Positions 33,864 to 45,474 of a stretch of 64,000 bases of DNA are shown in pieces. Both the position numbers and the translations under genes were made by a program. The notes under the pieces were generated by a model. The model made no database searches and was not told where the DNA came from. It worked only from the letters and a program-made list of their open reading frames with translations. This DNA comes from Carpediemonas membranifera BICM (lineage: Eukaryota > Protista > Fornicata): NCBI GenBank assembly GCA_019828565.1, contig JAHDYR010000038.1:1190552-1254551 (forward strand). The letters run 5' to 3'. Positions within the stretch are counted from its first letter, which is position 1. The number at the start of each line of letters is the position of its first letter.

Positions 33864-33936
33864 TGCTGCTTGCCGGGTTCGAACCAGCGACCTTATGATC
33901 TTCAGTCATACGCTCTCCCAACTGAGCTAAAGCAGC
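33864..33936 (-). tRNA. tRNA-Phe(GAA)
   Basis: GCTGCTTTAGCTCAGTTGGGAGAGCGTATGACTGAAGATCATAAGGTCGCTGGTTCGAACCCGGCAAGCAGCA followed by a T5 terminator. Confidence 0.95.
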
Positions 33937-33949
33937 CTGACGGACATCG

Positions 33950-35110
33950 ACCCTGAGTAAGATTCCCCGCCTGGGTGACAAGCAGAGAGAACGAACGGCT
34001 TTTCAGTCGCGCCCTCGACCGAAATGAAGCGGCCGACGCGCCGAGTAATTGTGAAAAGAAAACGAATCCCTCTCCCCCCGCCCCCTCTCTCTCCCCTCTC
34101 CCCTCTCCAGCTTTCTCCTCTCTCACCTCCTCCCCCGCTCCTCCGACACCTCCCCCACCCCCGCCCGAGCCACTTCTGCCCCGGTCCGCGCCAGCGCCGC
34201 TCCGCTTCCCGTCCATCACAAATGCCCAGGTCTGGAAAGACTTGGGCGCGCGATCGGAGGTGGTCAAGTGGATCCGGGAAGTCGTTCCCGTCGACATCCT
34301 CGGACCAGCGGAGAGAAGCCCCGCATCCCACCACCTCGCCCGGCCGACAGGCCCGTCTTCAGACGCCATCTGAAGGAGCTCTTGGCCACAGGAGCTGCTG
34401 TGCCGTTCCGCAGCCCCGCGCTGATATGTCCGATATTCTTAGTGGCGAAAGGAGAGTCGGACACGAGGTTGATCCACGATCTGAGACCCCTCAACAGCGT
34501 GACGTCGGAGACCAGGACGTTCCGGCTCCACGGAGTGAAGCGCGTAGTGCACCTACTGGCGGAAGGCGACAGCCTGGCTCGGTTGGATTTGAAATCCGGG
34601 TACTGGCAAGTCGGTGTACGGCCGAGCGATTCAACTCTCCTAGGCTTTGTTGTGGATGGGAGGCCGTACGCATTCCGTGTGCTGCCGTTCGGATGGGCTG
34701 CCGCCCCGTTTCACTTTCAGCAAATCATGCTGGAGGCCGCAAGGATGGTAGCTGCTCGCTTCAGCGTGAAGATAGTCGTCTATCTAGACGACTGGGCGTT
34801 CATGGCACCGCACGGACATCTCAAGGAGACAATGCCGCTCATAGTCTCCTTCCTCCAGCGACTCGGCCTTATCCTGAACCTCGCGAAGTCAGAGCTCCAG
34901 CCGGTAGACAGCACGGTCTTCCTCGGCATGCTGATCGATGCAGCACGACGCACGATCATGGTGGAGCCGTCGAAGGCCGCCAAGTACATCTCCAGGATCG
35001 ACGATGCCCTCAACCGTGGATCATCGGCCACAGAGTGGAAGCGGCTCGTCGGCAATCTCTCCTTCGCAGCAGTGGCGATCCCGGAAGGACGACTGTGGCT
35101 CCGCCACCTC
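33950..35110 (+). mobile_element. DIRS-type element D fragment (gag C-terminus + RT N-terminal part)
   Basis: TLSKIPRLGDK matches gag C (TLSKIPRLTEK); RT motifs LIHDLRPLN, LPFGWAAAP, VYLDDW. Confidence 0.85.
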
Positions 35111-37503
35111 CACAAAGGGGTGGACATCTATCTTGACGACATCTTGATTTACGCCAAGACCGAGGCCCAGTTTCTCAACCTGATCAAAACCGTCTTCAGG
35201 AGCTGTAGACATTATTCACTGCGCCTTAAAGGCCCGAAGTGCACGATAGGCTCAGCCCACGTCGAGGCCGTCGGGTATATTGTCTCGGAGAAGGGGAAAC
35301 AACTTGCCCCAGAGAATGTAGAGGCGGTAAACGCCATACCGCTCCCGTCCACCGCAAAGGAGCTTCAGAGGACACTGGGATCATTCAACTATGTCGCCCA
35401 GTTCGTCCCGGACTCGTCACGAATCCTCAAACCTCTCAACGAGATGCTAACGGCACAGGAGAACTCAAAGAACATAACTTGGAACCCCAAACAAGAAGAT
35501 GCGTTTACAACGTTCAAGGAGAGACTCAGCTCAGACACAGTCCTCCATTTCCCCGACTTATCAAAGAAGTGGACCCTCGAGACGGACGCGTCGAACGACG
35601 GACTAGGGGGCATTCTGTTCCAAGAAGAAGACTCCGGCAACCGAGAGATCGTCTCGCTCTTCGCAAAGTGTCATACGCCAACCCAGACTAGGTGGCCGAC
35701 CTACGAACAAGAGCTTCATGCTATCATCTTTTGTCTCACGAGACCTGACATGGCTCAACTTTTCCGCCTCAAGGACAACATACAGATCCGCACCGACCAC
35801 CAGAATCTGGTATATCTCATGCAGAGGAGCTTTCCAAGAAACTCCTCCGGTGGACGTCTGTCTTGTCGGACTACAACATTACGATCGAGCATATTGCTGG
35901 AGAGACAAACAAGATGGCAGACATGCTGTCGCGTATCCTTCCCCGAGGGGACCTCGGGCCGCAGCTGAACCTGCTAGAGGCGGAGGACGCCGGCCCAGGG
36001 CTGACCCTTGAGCTGATCCAGGCTGCCCAGGCCATGGCACCTGAGTCAACTCGAGTCGGCTGGGAGAAACTAGAGGGAGTATCCATCGAAAACTGGATCT
36101 ACTTCAAGGACGGAGTGCCGATTATCCCCAAGGGAGAGACACGCGACAAGGCCCTACGGACCGCTCACCAATTTCATACGGGAGCAAATTCAACGTTCCA
36201 AGCACTCTCCGCGTCTGCATTTTGGACCGGGGATGCTCTTGGACGTCAAAAAGCACATCAAGACGTGCCCCATTTGTCTGAAGACTCGCATCAAGGACTA
36301 CTTCATCGCCCAAAAGGGCCAGACAAGACGCACCAGACCATGGGAGACAGTGGCAGTCGACACAATTGGCCCTCTCCCAACGGATTCGCTGGGCGCTCGC
36401 TACATCATTGTGGCTGTAGACATGTTTACAAGATACACCGAGCTCGTCGCAGTCGCATCGATCGACGCCGAGACCTCCGCCAGGGCCCTATGGGACCACG
36501 TTTTCACGCGACACGGGATACCGGCGGAGATTCTGTCCGACGGCGGCCCGGAGTACGCGAACTCGATAGTTGAACAACTCACAACGTCATTGAAAGTCGC
36601 ACACCACTTCACCATCCCGTTTCATCCACAGAGCAATGGTCTCGTGGAGAGAAGGAATGCGGAGATTGGAAGACACCTACGGTGGCTTGTCCTGGCAATA
36701 GCCTACAAAGACCAGTGGTGCGGACTCCTACCGACGGTCCAGATGATTATCAACGGCACGACACATACGGCCACGAAGTTCTCCCCGCACTAGCTGATAT
36801 TTGGCCATGAGCACAACATGTTTACAAGCTGGTGGACGAACGACAACAACTCTCCGATCAGAGATTTCCCAGAGTTCAAAAAGGACCTGGAGCTGGCCCT
36901 TAACGCCCTGGAGGCCACTGCCAGAGAAAGTGTGGGCCCGGGCCAAAAGACAATAGTCAACACCGAACTGAAGCCGGGTGACTACGTCCTCTGGAAAGAT
37001 GAGGCCCCTCAGAAGCTAGACGCGCGCAACAGGGGCCCATGGAAGGTACACGATGTACTGGATAATAACAGAATAGTCATGCAGTCGATACTCGACGGAT
37101 CGACCAGATCAACCCACATTGAAAAACTCATGATGTTCGACACGGATGCCGTAACGGACACGATGATGCTTCAACTTGCAAGCTTCGACCAGAAAAAATG
37201 GGAGGTGGAGCGAGTAGTATCGGTGGACTGGAAAGAAGGGACAGCCGCCATCAAGTGGGTAGGGTTCGAAAACATAACGGAAGAACCACTCTCGGGAGTG
37301 AAACACCTCGAGGAGATGAAGAGGTTGGCCCGTAAGGCGAGGAAGAACCTGAAACTCTACTAACCATCTTTTTTCCCCGTTCCTTGCTGGTTGGGGGTTT
37401 TCTCATCAAAAAGGGAGGTAGTGTCACCGGTCTATAAACTGCTCCGTCCAGTTTTGACCACTTTTACCGCGCTGCGGTTTACTGTAAATGATTTCAACCG
37501 ACA
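35111..37503 (+). mobile_element. Ty3/Gypsy 3' half (G3): RT-RNaseH-integrase-chromodomain, PPT, candidate 82-bp 3' LTR
   Basis: IYLDDIL, LETDAS, EQELHAI, TDHQNL, HHCC (AHQFH...CPIC), DDE (VDTIG, SDGG, ERRN), chromo WEVERV..KWVGFE. In-frame stop at 36791. PPT AAAAAGGGAGGTAG then TGTC...GACA at 37422-37503. Confidence 0.9.
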
Positions 37504-37679
37504 CCCGTGTACTCTACCGGGAATCTCTGACTGCCTCTTGCTCATGGCTACGACATGGGCCTTGACGGGTGTCATGTCTTGGCTGGACCAGGCTTCTTGG
37601 TCCTCGATCCAGGCTCTCTCTCTGTGGCCGATGGTAAGCTTCTCCTGGACCCATGCTGCCTGCCATACCTGGTGTCTGG
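37504..37679 (-). mobile_element. Short fragment of a LINE ORF1 related to 41636-45141
   Basis: Open frame ..VWQAAW.. and a 17-nt identity (TATGGCAGGCAGCATGG) with 42483-42499 (IWQAAW); same purine-rich sense strand. Confidence 0.5.
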
Positions 37680-37725
37680 GTCAGACAGGCTGACGATCCG
37701 GTAGACTCCGTCCATTCCCACAGGG
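37680..37725 (-). repeat. B2 terminal repeat (46 bp) of DIRS C
   Basis: Identical to 37990-38035 and 50615-50660. Confidence 0.9.
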
Positions 37726-37869
37726 GGGGGTAGGTAATTTATTGTGTCGCGTTCTCGCATCGTCCCGGGTCTATCTCTGTGTAAGCCGGAGTAAATTACC
37801 TCGCTCGACCTTACGTAATGCCGAGCGTCACCCTCCGAAGGAGGGGATCGGGAGCAAGGCTGCCCCGCG

Positions 37870-38035
37870 GTTTCAGTTCGCTCTTGAACAACTGAACCGC
37901 CCTTATGAGACGCACGATCCCGTCTTTGAGATCGTATCGAATCATCCTCGACCTCTCGCGCCGAAGTTTTGGCTCCGCTGGCCTTGCCAGTCAGACAGGC
38001 TGACGATCCGGTAGACTCCGTCCATTCCCACAGGG
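37870..38035 (-). repeat. B1-A2 junction repeat of DIRS C
   Basis: B1 equals B2; A2 (120 bp) equals the element 5' end including the gag start. Confidence 0.88.
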
Positions 38036-38391
38036 AACCAGTCGCCGCCCAAGCGATTGCAGCCGATCGGTGCACTTTAAGACACTCTCGATGTCTTTCA
38101 TGCAAGCTGTGCCCCGGCTGCAATTCATTGCATATGCCAACACAAAGAGCTCAAAACGAGGTCTATAGCCCTCAACGGCGCTTCGTTGAGGAGTTCTAGC
38201 GATTTTTCACTTTTGTTGCGCAATTTCTTCATCTGATGCGCAATTATTGAACCATCGAGCCTAAAAGAGACTCTAAAGCCTTAACGGCTTCCAAATAGCC
38301 AATATCACCTTGTCCATCAAGGTTTATGATTAGCCTCACTAAGGCCCACAATCATACCCCTCGCAGCCACTCCTCAATGGCTTTGAGGGGC

Positions 38392-39258
38392 TTATCTCTT
38401 CTTATCCTTCTCTAATAAGGCTCTGAACGGGGCTACGGACGTGCTGTAGTCCAGGCGAAGCACGTCTTCCACATAACGGATCAATGAGTTCTGGTCAGCC
38501 CATGTGCCCTTCGCCGCAACAACCGGGATAGGGATACCCATCAGAACCAGGTCAGCCGCGCTCCCGCGGCGCAGACCGTGCAGCCGAGCCTGCGTGGAGA
38601 TGATGCCCTTCACCTGGTCCTCAATGACTGAGTAGGGGTGCGACCAGAGAGGGTCTTCGGCCACCGCGCCTGCATCTATCCTATTGACTAGGACCTCAGA
38701 TAGCCAGTGAGCCGGGTCTAGCTCCCCGTCGACTCTCGGGACGAGCTTCTCAACGACCACTCGCCGGGTCTTAGTGCCGTGGATGGAGATTCTTAGCCCG
38801 CGGCGCGCGCTCTCCGCTCTAACGTCACCAACATGCAGGGCATAGATCTCTCCTGGCCTGGAGGTCGTGGCGTAGGTGGTCAGTGCAAAGGCGAAAGCCT
38901 CCTTCCAAAGGTCGTCGTCTCGAGACTGAGGGTGGGCAGCCCGAAGCCTGTCAACCAGAGTGTGCGCGCGAATCGGGAGAGCAGGCCCTCTAAGCTTCCC
39001 AAGAGCGTTCCTTGCCTGCTCTTTGATGACTGCGTCGGCGTCCAGCGGTGGTTCCCATGATGACACCCGGCCGAAGAAGCGACGGATTAGGCTCCACTTC
39101 GAGGTGATTGTATCCTTGGTGACCCTCGAGGCTTGGTCCTTGGCCCATGCTCTTATGACTTCGATGCTGCTAGTGTCAGGTGGAAGGGCACCCCAGAAAC
39201 CCGAGAACTGTTGGAGCACACCCGCGACGTGGCGCTTGTCTACGAATCCACTTAACAT
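38392..39258 (-). CDS. Tyrosine recombinase of DIRS C
   Basis: TTSRPGEI, GTKT, HGLRRGSA, GTWADQNSLIRY. Confidence 0.9.
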   Translation of the reverse strand: MLSGFVDKRHVAGVLQQFSGFWGALPPDTSSIEVIRAWAKDQASRVTKDTITSKWSLIRRFFGRVSSWEPPLDADAVIKEQARNALGKLRGPALPIRAHTLVDRLRAAHPQSRDDDLWKEAFAFALTTYATTSRPGEIYALHVGDVRAESARRGLRISIHGTKTRRVVVEKLVPRVDGELDPAHWLSEVLVNRIDAGAVAEDPLWSHPYSVIEDQVKGIISTQARLHGLRRGSAADLVLMGIPIPVVAAKGTWADQNSLIRYVEDVLRLDYSTSVAPFRALLEKDKKR

Positions 39259-39286
39259 GTCACCCTCGAGGGAGATGGTGAAGATG

Positions 39287-41146
39287 TCACTCCCACAAAC
39301 AGGGCCGCCAATCGGTATGTGCCGTCCGCCTGCAGGGGGTGATCGCTGATAGGTCCGCGTCCTCCGCTTTGACTCTGAAGAACATGCGGTGCGGAGTCAG
39401 CTCTCTCAGCGCAACTGCCGTCGGCGATCTGCAGTCGGACACTAGCAGGACGAGGGCACTTGGTAGGGATCTCGGCTGTGTGGTCCTTGCAATGTGGAGG
39501 TGGCACAGCTTTGCATATACTGCTGATAGGAGCGCGAAGGGTGTCACTGCTAGCCACCTTCCTGTCGACCAGTCCATGTCTATGAACCTGCTGTCGTCGA
39601 CCGTCGACGGGCTGTGTTCTACTCGAGCTCCAAGCCACTCGGAGGGCCAGATCTCTTTCTGCATGGGACCCCACTCGGCTGTGATCCTGTCGATGATCCG
39701 ACGAGGCGCTGAGAGCGTTTCGGACCTCGACAATGCGTCGGCTTGGACGTTCAAGTGACCAGAGACGTGAAGGAGCCTTATCCTGATGGCCCTTTCGCTC
39801 AGTGTGGGTAGCAGGTCCCGTATGACTGAGTCTACAAACTGCGGAGCCTTGGTTGAGCCTTGCTTGTTCCACCAGCTGACTGCTGCCACCGAGTCGGAGT
39901 AGATGGTGACCTCCGCGTCTGTCAACGGCTCTGCTAGGATCAGTCTCACTGCTTGTTCCACTGCTCGGAACTCGAGCAATGTGATGTGCTCGTCCACCGG
40001 GGCCGGCCTGGTGAAGGTGAAGGGTTGACGGCCCGGGATTGTGATCACTCCGCCGAGTCCTGAGTGAGAGGCGTCTGTCATCGCTGTGATGTGGAGCGTC
40101 GGAGACAGACCCCACAGGTGAAGCAGCTCTTGGAAGGACCTTATCGGAGATGGCCGTGATAAGCGGCGCTCCCATTGGATCAGTGCTTCTCTCGCTTCGC
40201 CGGATATGAGTGTGCGGTAGCGGTCCTTCAGTTGGGCTCTCTGGAGGGGTCTGATAGCGGCTCGGCCCTCCGGCCAAATGATGGCTGCAAAGCCGAGATT
40301 GCCCAACAACCGCTGCATGCTGTGTGTCGTGGCCCCCGATGCCAAGGCCTCCCTGACTCGTGAGAGGTACTTCTGCCGCTTGCTGTCCTGCAGAGCGATC
40401 CCCCGCCGGCCAGAGTCCATGACGAAGCCAAGGAAGTCGGTCTGCTGCGTGGGTGAGAGCTGCGATTTCTTCCTGTTGATGACCAGGCCGAGGTTCTCTA
40501 GGAGCTGTAGTATGCCGGGCATCGCAGCGGTCAGTGTCTTCTTGTCCCCGGACAGGAGCCAGTCGTCGAGATAGATGGTCAAGTTGATGCCTGGGAACAT
40601 CCGTGCTACGATCTGCGCTGCTGTCAGCATCACCCTTTGGAAGAAGAATGGCGCTGGGCCCCAGCCGAAGGGTAGGACGTTGAAGGCATAGGGTCTCCCG
40701 TCGACCACGAAACCCAGCAGCGGGCTGTCCGAGGCCCTGACCCCTAACTGGTAGTAGCCCTTGACTAGGTCCAAGCGTGCCATGTAGTCTCCTTCGCGAA
40801 GCTGGGCCATCGCTTGCTTGACTCCCTTCAGCCGAAAGGTTCGATGTTCCGTTGACACTGCGTTCAATGCCCTTAGGTCGTGGATCAGACGCGTCTCTGG
40901 TGGCGTCTTCGGCACAGTGAAGATAGGTGAGATCAAGCTGGGAGACCGGCATGGGCTTGCCGCGCCCAGGCTCAGGAGGGTTTTCAGGTGGTCGCGGAAT
41001 GCCTTGCGGTCCTTGGCGCGAGTTGGTGGTAGGCGCGGATGACGAGGGTGCGCTCTTAGGGATATCGGGACGCCCTCGCGTAGCCACGTAACCACCTCTG
41101 ATGGCGCGCCCAAGTGCCTCCATAGGCGCCACTGCCTGTTGATGCA
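39287..41146 (-). CDS. RT-RNase H-MT-like pol of DIRS C (N-terminus split off by the LINE)
   Basis: LPFGWGPAP, IYLDDW, TDAS, YSDS, NVQADALSR, WGPM..DW..WLAVTPF. Confidence 0.9.
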   Translation of the reverse strand, partial: CINRQWRLWRHLGAPSEVVTWLREGVPISLRAHPRHPRLPPTRAKDRKAFRDHLKTLLSLGAASPCRSPSLISPIFTVPKTPPETRLIHDLRALNAVSTEHRTFRLKGVKQAMAQLREGDYMARLDLVKGYYQLGVRASDSPLLGFVVDGRPYAFNVLPFGWGPAPFFFQRVMLTAAQIVARMFPGINLTIYLDDWLLSGDKKTLTAAMPGILQLLENLGLVINRKKSQLSPTQQTDFLGFVMDSGRRGIALQDSKRQKYLSRVREALASGATTHSMQRLLGNLGFAAIIWPEGRAAIRPLQRAQLKDRYRTLISGEAREALIQWERRLSRPSPIRSFQELLHLWGLSPTLHITAMTDASHSGLGGVITIPGRQPFTFTRPAPVDEHITLLEFRAVEQAVRLILAEPLTDAEVTIYSDSVAAVSWWNKQGSTKAPQFVDSVIRDLLPTLSERAIRIRLLHVSGHLNVQADALSRSETLSAPRRIIDRITAEWGPMQKEIWPSEWLGARVEHSPSTVDDSRFIDMDWSTGRWLAVTPFALLSAVYAKLCHLHIARTTQPRSLPSALVLLVSDCRSPTAVALRELTPHRMFFRVKAEDADLSAITPCRRTAHTDWRPCLWE

Positions 41147-41635
41147 GGGAAATGGTGGAACCAGTTCACCAATGATTTCAGCAAAGTGGAAACACTTCGA
41201 TCATGGATGGACAAGGACCAACAGGCCTGGCCTATATGGATAGGGCAGTGCCCCATGGAGCTCAGAAGGAGCGGCCTTGGCCTCCTGTCTGAACATTCAA
41301 GGGTTGCTATCAGGGCATACCGCTGGGCGCGAGTGGGAGCTCCACGCCCATACCAAGGAATCAAAGTGTCTTCATGGAACGTATGTTTACAAGGAAAAGG
41401 AAAACAACCGTCGAGGGCCAGTGCTAGCACCGGCGGCTACATGGTTTTGTCAAGACCACAAGGAAGGAAGGGCAGCACAAAAGGGAAACAGGGGCCGTCG
41501 ATAGAGGCTAAAAAGGAGACTACGAACAAAGCAACAACAACTACACAGAAAGGCCCCGCTACTCAGAAAAGGGCGACGCATTTTTAGGACCGCGCCTTTT
41601 TGAAAGAATGGCCTATATAGTACGGAGCATGGACA

Positions 41636-44600
41636 ATGGGAGAAACTGGAAGGCCTGGACGGAGACCTCACCCGGATATGTACATGTGGCCCGACTTTCG
41701 GACCCAAAAATTCCGACCCAGTTTATGGACTAGGAAAAGGGGAGAAATTTTGCACTCAACAATGCAGGTAGAAATACCGACAAGGATCAGGGATTCCACG
41801 CAGAAGCAGTGGGAGGACATCAGGGAACTACTGGACAGCTTCCTCGCTGAAAGGAACGATTCAAGGACTCTACTTCTTCGTAGAACAGGCAAGTTTACAG
41901 GAAAGTCGCTCAATGCGAACTCCAAAGGACGCAAGGAAGTAATCATGAACGCCAGACGCATCCTCTTCGCAACCGGCGTCACTGACAACAAGGACATCAT
42001 CCTCAGGAACCCATGCGGCATCCACGGCCTCCGCGACCTTTTCTACATGCTCACAGAGGCGCTCAACCCCAGAGACGAGGAAGCAAAGGACATGGCACAG
42101 GCACTGGAGCCCAAGACGCTGAAAGCGGGCTTCACTGGCATGGCAAGATGGCCATCTGAGAAGGACATCGAGACGGCGATCCTCAAGCCGAAGGAAGATG
42201 GGCCCATCGAATGGGATGTAGACAGGGACAGCGTCAAGAAGGCCGAAGGGTCGTTCATACTGGTATCAGGGGCTCATGGAGACGAGGCCGTAGAAGGCGT
42301 GCCTTACGACAAGGTATGGGATCCGGCAAACCAAGGCCCGGTCACCAGAGTGGCCTACGAGCAAGAGGACGGCAAGTACAGGGTCATCCTAGAGCTAAGC
42401 GACACGTCAGCATGGTCCATCAGCCGCTTGATGGAGGAGGCTAGGGACATCCTCAGGCTTCAGGCACCGGAGGCCCCGGCCATATGGCAGGCAGCATGGA
42501 ACAAGTCAGGGATCTACCTGAAGGGCAGAACCAATATCCTGGGCGAAGGGGAGGAGACCCCCCTTAGCAACGAGCCGCCGTTCCGGAAGGTGAGGCTGGA
42601 AGTGCTCAAGGCCACCTCGGTCCGCAGCAATAGGGACGAACATGCCGATCTGGACAGGTCGTCCGCTAGCACGGTCATCGACGGAGACGAGGAGCAACAT
42701 GTCAAGGACAAGGAGGAACGACGCCAGCAGGCCACCATGCCCGGCAGAAGAAGCCTCGACGACAGCCTCCTGGAAGTGAACAAGGACATGGTCGGGGCCA
42801 ACCAAGGCAAGATCGACCAGGACGAGGAGGTCGACTCAAACAAGGTCAGCAGCCAGCCGCCGAGGATGCCTAGAAAGGACAAGGAGAAACGACTGGTGAT
42901 CGGAGCCATCGACTTCGAGTGCGCAGACCCTGGCGTCAAGAAGGCAGGGATCCCTGCCATCCCGGTTGAGGGCGGGATCGTACTCTTTGACCTCAGCACT
43001 GGGGACATTCTTGGACACGGGCATGGCCTGTATTACCAGGACATACCGGCAGCAAGCATGGACCAAGCGAGGTACACGGCATGGGCAGTGACGGGGCTGC
43101 CGCCGGCCACCTTCGTGGAGGTCGGGACGGGGCGGCCGCCGATCGAGTATGAGAAGCACATACATACTTTCAGGGACTGGGCCAACCGCCTGGCGGCTCA
43201 GCTGGCAAGGATCGAAAGGTCGGAGGGTTGGAAGATAATCATGTATGCAAAGGGGGTGGAGATGGAAAGCTTCCTCCTCACGAACCCCACAAATGGACTG
43301 GAGCAAGGAACCAGGGAATTCTTCCAAGCTAGGCTGGTGGACGAGAAGAAGCTACCAGAGATCCTGGAGAACAACGGCAAGGAGGAGGCTGGCCAAAACC
43401 TCAGGGACAACCTCGACAAGGCCAACTACCTGGAAGCAGTAACAACATGGTCAAATGGATGGCAGAACAGGAGCGAGCCCAAGGGAGTCTGTCCGTACCA
43501 CAGACACACCGCGGGTTGCTACCACTGTGGGTTGGCGGATACAGTAGTCTTCACAGCCAGGATCAGGGCCCTATGCAAGGAGAGGATGAGCACCCCAGAC
43601 GTCTACCACTACATGGGTAAGGCACTCGACAAGACCATGGAAGCAGTCGGGAAGGCGGAGCCGGGCATGGATATCATGGGAGGCCCGGAATTCGCGACAA
43701 GGAGGGACACCTTTGAGATCTTCGGCACGTACCCGATCGGGGACGCAAGGGACGTCAGCAGGGAAGTCGGCGACAGGATCCTCGTAGTCCCGGACAACGG
43801 ACACCGCTTCGGCATCGGCTTCGGGTTCGGGGAGGTTCTGTTGGGCATGAAGGGCATCTTACTGGCCCCCCTCACAATCATGGACAACGAAGGTGTACTG
43901 GAGAGAAGCCCGCTATGGACCATCATGGAAAGAGCCACGGCTAACCAGCTCCGCATGGTACGCGTCAGGAAGGGCCTAGGGGCAGCAAGGGAGGAGGACA
44001 TCATAACCATGGCCATGCTATACGAGTGGTGGCCCTCGAAGGAGGCTACGGCTCATCAAGGAGTCTGGGGCTGCGACGACCTAGCAGAGAGCCTCAGGGA
44101 CTATGAGAAGGTCATAGTCAACGTCAAGGCCCCCAGGAACAGGGGGTAGGATCACCCTAGGGGCGAGCTTCATCCCGAGAGACTGGGGGCATGGTCAGGG
44201 TCAGCGAGGCTGGGACCATCCTAAGCCGCATGCGCAAGGAAGGGGCCAGACTAGTCTCGGCAGCTATCCCGGACGAGCCCAGAGCCAACACAGTCAATGT
44301 CCCAGGCATCACGTATGTCCCCACCATCGACGGAAAGTCCGAACAGCCATACCAAAGTAGGTTCTTCGACAACGGCCTGGAGGAAAAGGCGAGGCGGATT
44401 AGCACCAGAATGGTGGGCAGGCACTTCGGCCAGGACGCGGATCAAGGACATCACGACCAGCATGGAGACAGGGAAGAGGACAGAAGGGTAGGACACGGAG
44501 CCGGCGGTAGAGCTGGTGTCAGAGCTGACGACAGAACCGGCGACAGAGCTGGTAACATGAACAGGACCTCGGATCGTAACCACGGAGGAGACGACAGGGA

Positions 44601-45141
44601 GAGACAGGACAACACGGGAACGCAGATGAGAGGCTCGTTCAGCGGGAACACCGGGGCCGGTAGAGGCTCAGAGGGAGGCATGGACAACAGCAAGGATCAC
44701 TCTTCCTCCACGACGCTCAAGCGCAAGGAGGGCAGCACGAGTAGGATCATGGACTCGGACAGCGGAAAGAGAAGCAGGCACGAAGAGGACATGGACTGGG
44801 AGTCTGGAAGCAGACAGGCAACCGGCATGGACTCGGAGAAGCTGCGGCTCCGAAAGCAGTTGGCAGAGGCGCAACAAGAGATCTCAGCGCTCAAGGCTGC
44901 CCGACTCATGCAAGAGCAAGGCCACGGAAGGTTGGTGCTCTCCGGCGTCGCGACTAAGCCCAGCAAGGAGAAGCCCACGATCCCCCGGCACAAGCACAAG
45001 AAGGCTAAGAAGGCCAAGCAGATCTCACCCATGGACCTGATGACCCAGTTCATCACGGTAATGCAGAGTCTACAAGGACAGCAAGTGAGTCAGGCCGAGG
45101 ACAGCTGCAGCGGCAGTGGGGAGTCCACGGAGGAGGAGTAA
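41636..45141 (+). CDS. LINE ORF1 with Maelstrom-like DEDD domain (837-aa ORF, probably extending through G-run frameshifts to 45141)
   Basis: IDFEC...IPVEGGIVLFDLSTG.I....HGLY...P...ARYTAWAVTGLP...YAKG...CPYHRHTAGCYHCGLAD; coiled coil and basic patch at the C-terminus. Confidence 0.72.
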
Positions 45142-45474
45142 GGACATGGTAAAGCAGTATTCTTTCAAGGAACAAGCAACATTTTCTTTATAATTCACAA
45201 GCCCTGGCTCCCACCCAGGGCCCGGCATTAGCTGAAATGCACTGCCGGTAGGCTGTAGCGGCAGCCAAAGGGGGGGTCACGTCATATCGTCCCCCTCCTA
45301 AGTACCCTGCCCGAAGAATGGAAGGTCACCAGGTGGTAACAAGGTTGGCCTGACAAGGGTCACCGAGACCGGCATCTAGGCCCCTTGTCAGGACAAGGAT
45401 AGCAGGAGAGGAGCGGGAAGCTGGGGCTCCCAAATTCTGGGAATTCGCAGGATAAGGAAACAGGACAAAAGGCA

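Noticed and set aside
13340-35140. G2 (ends at YVD) and G3 (starts near YLDD) as two halves of one Gypsy element
   Set aside because: They overlap at the catalytic motif with different sequences (RCLAYVD versus GVDIYLDD), and their candidate LTRs differ.
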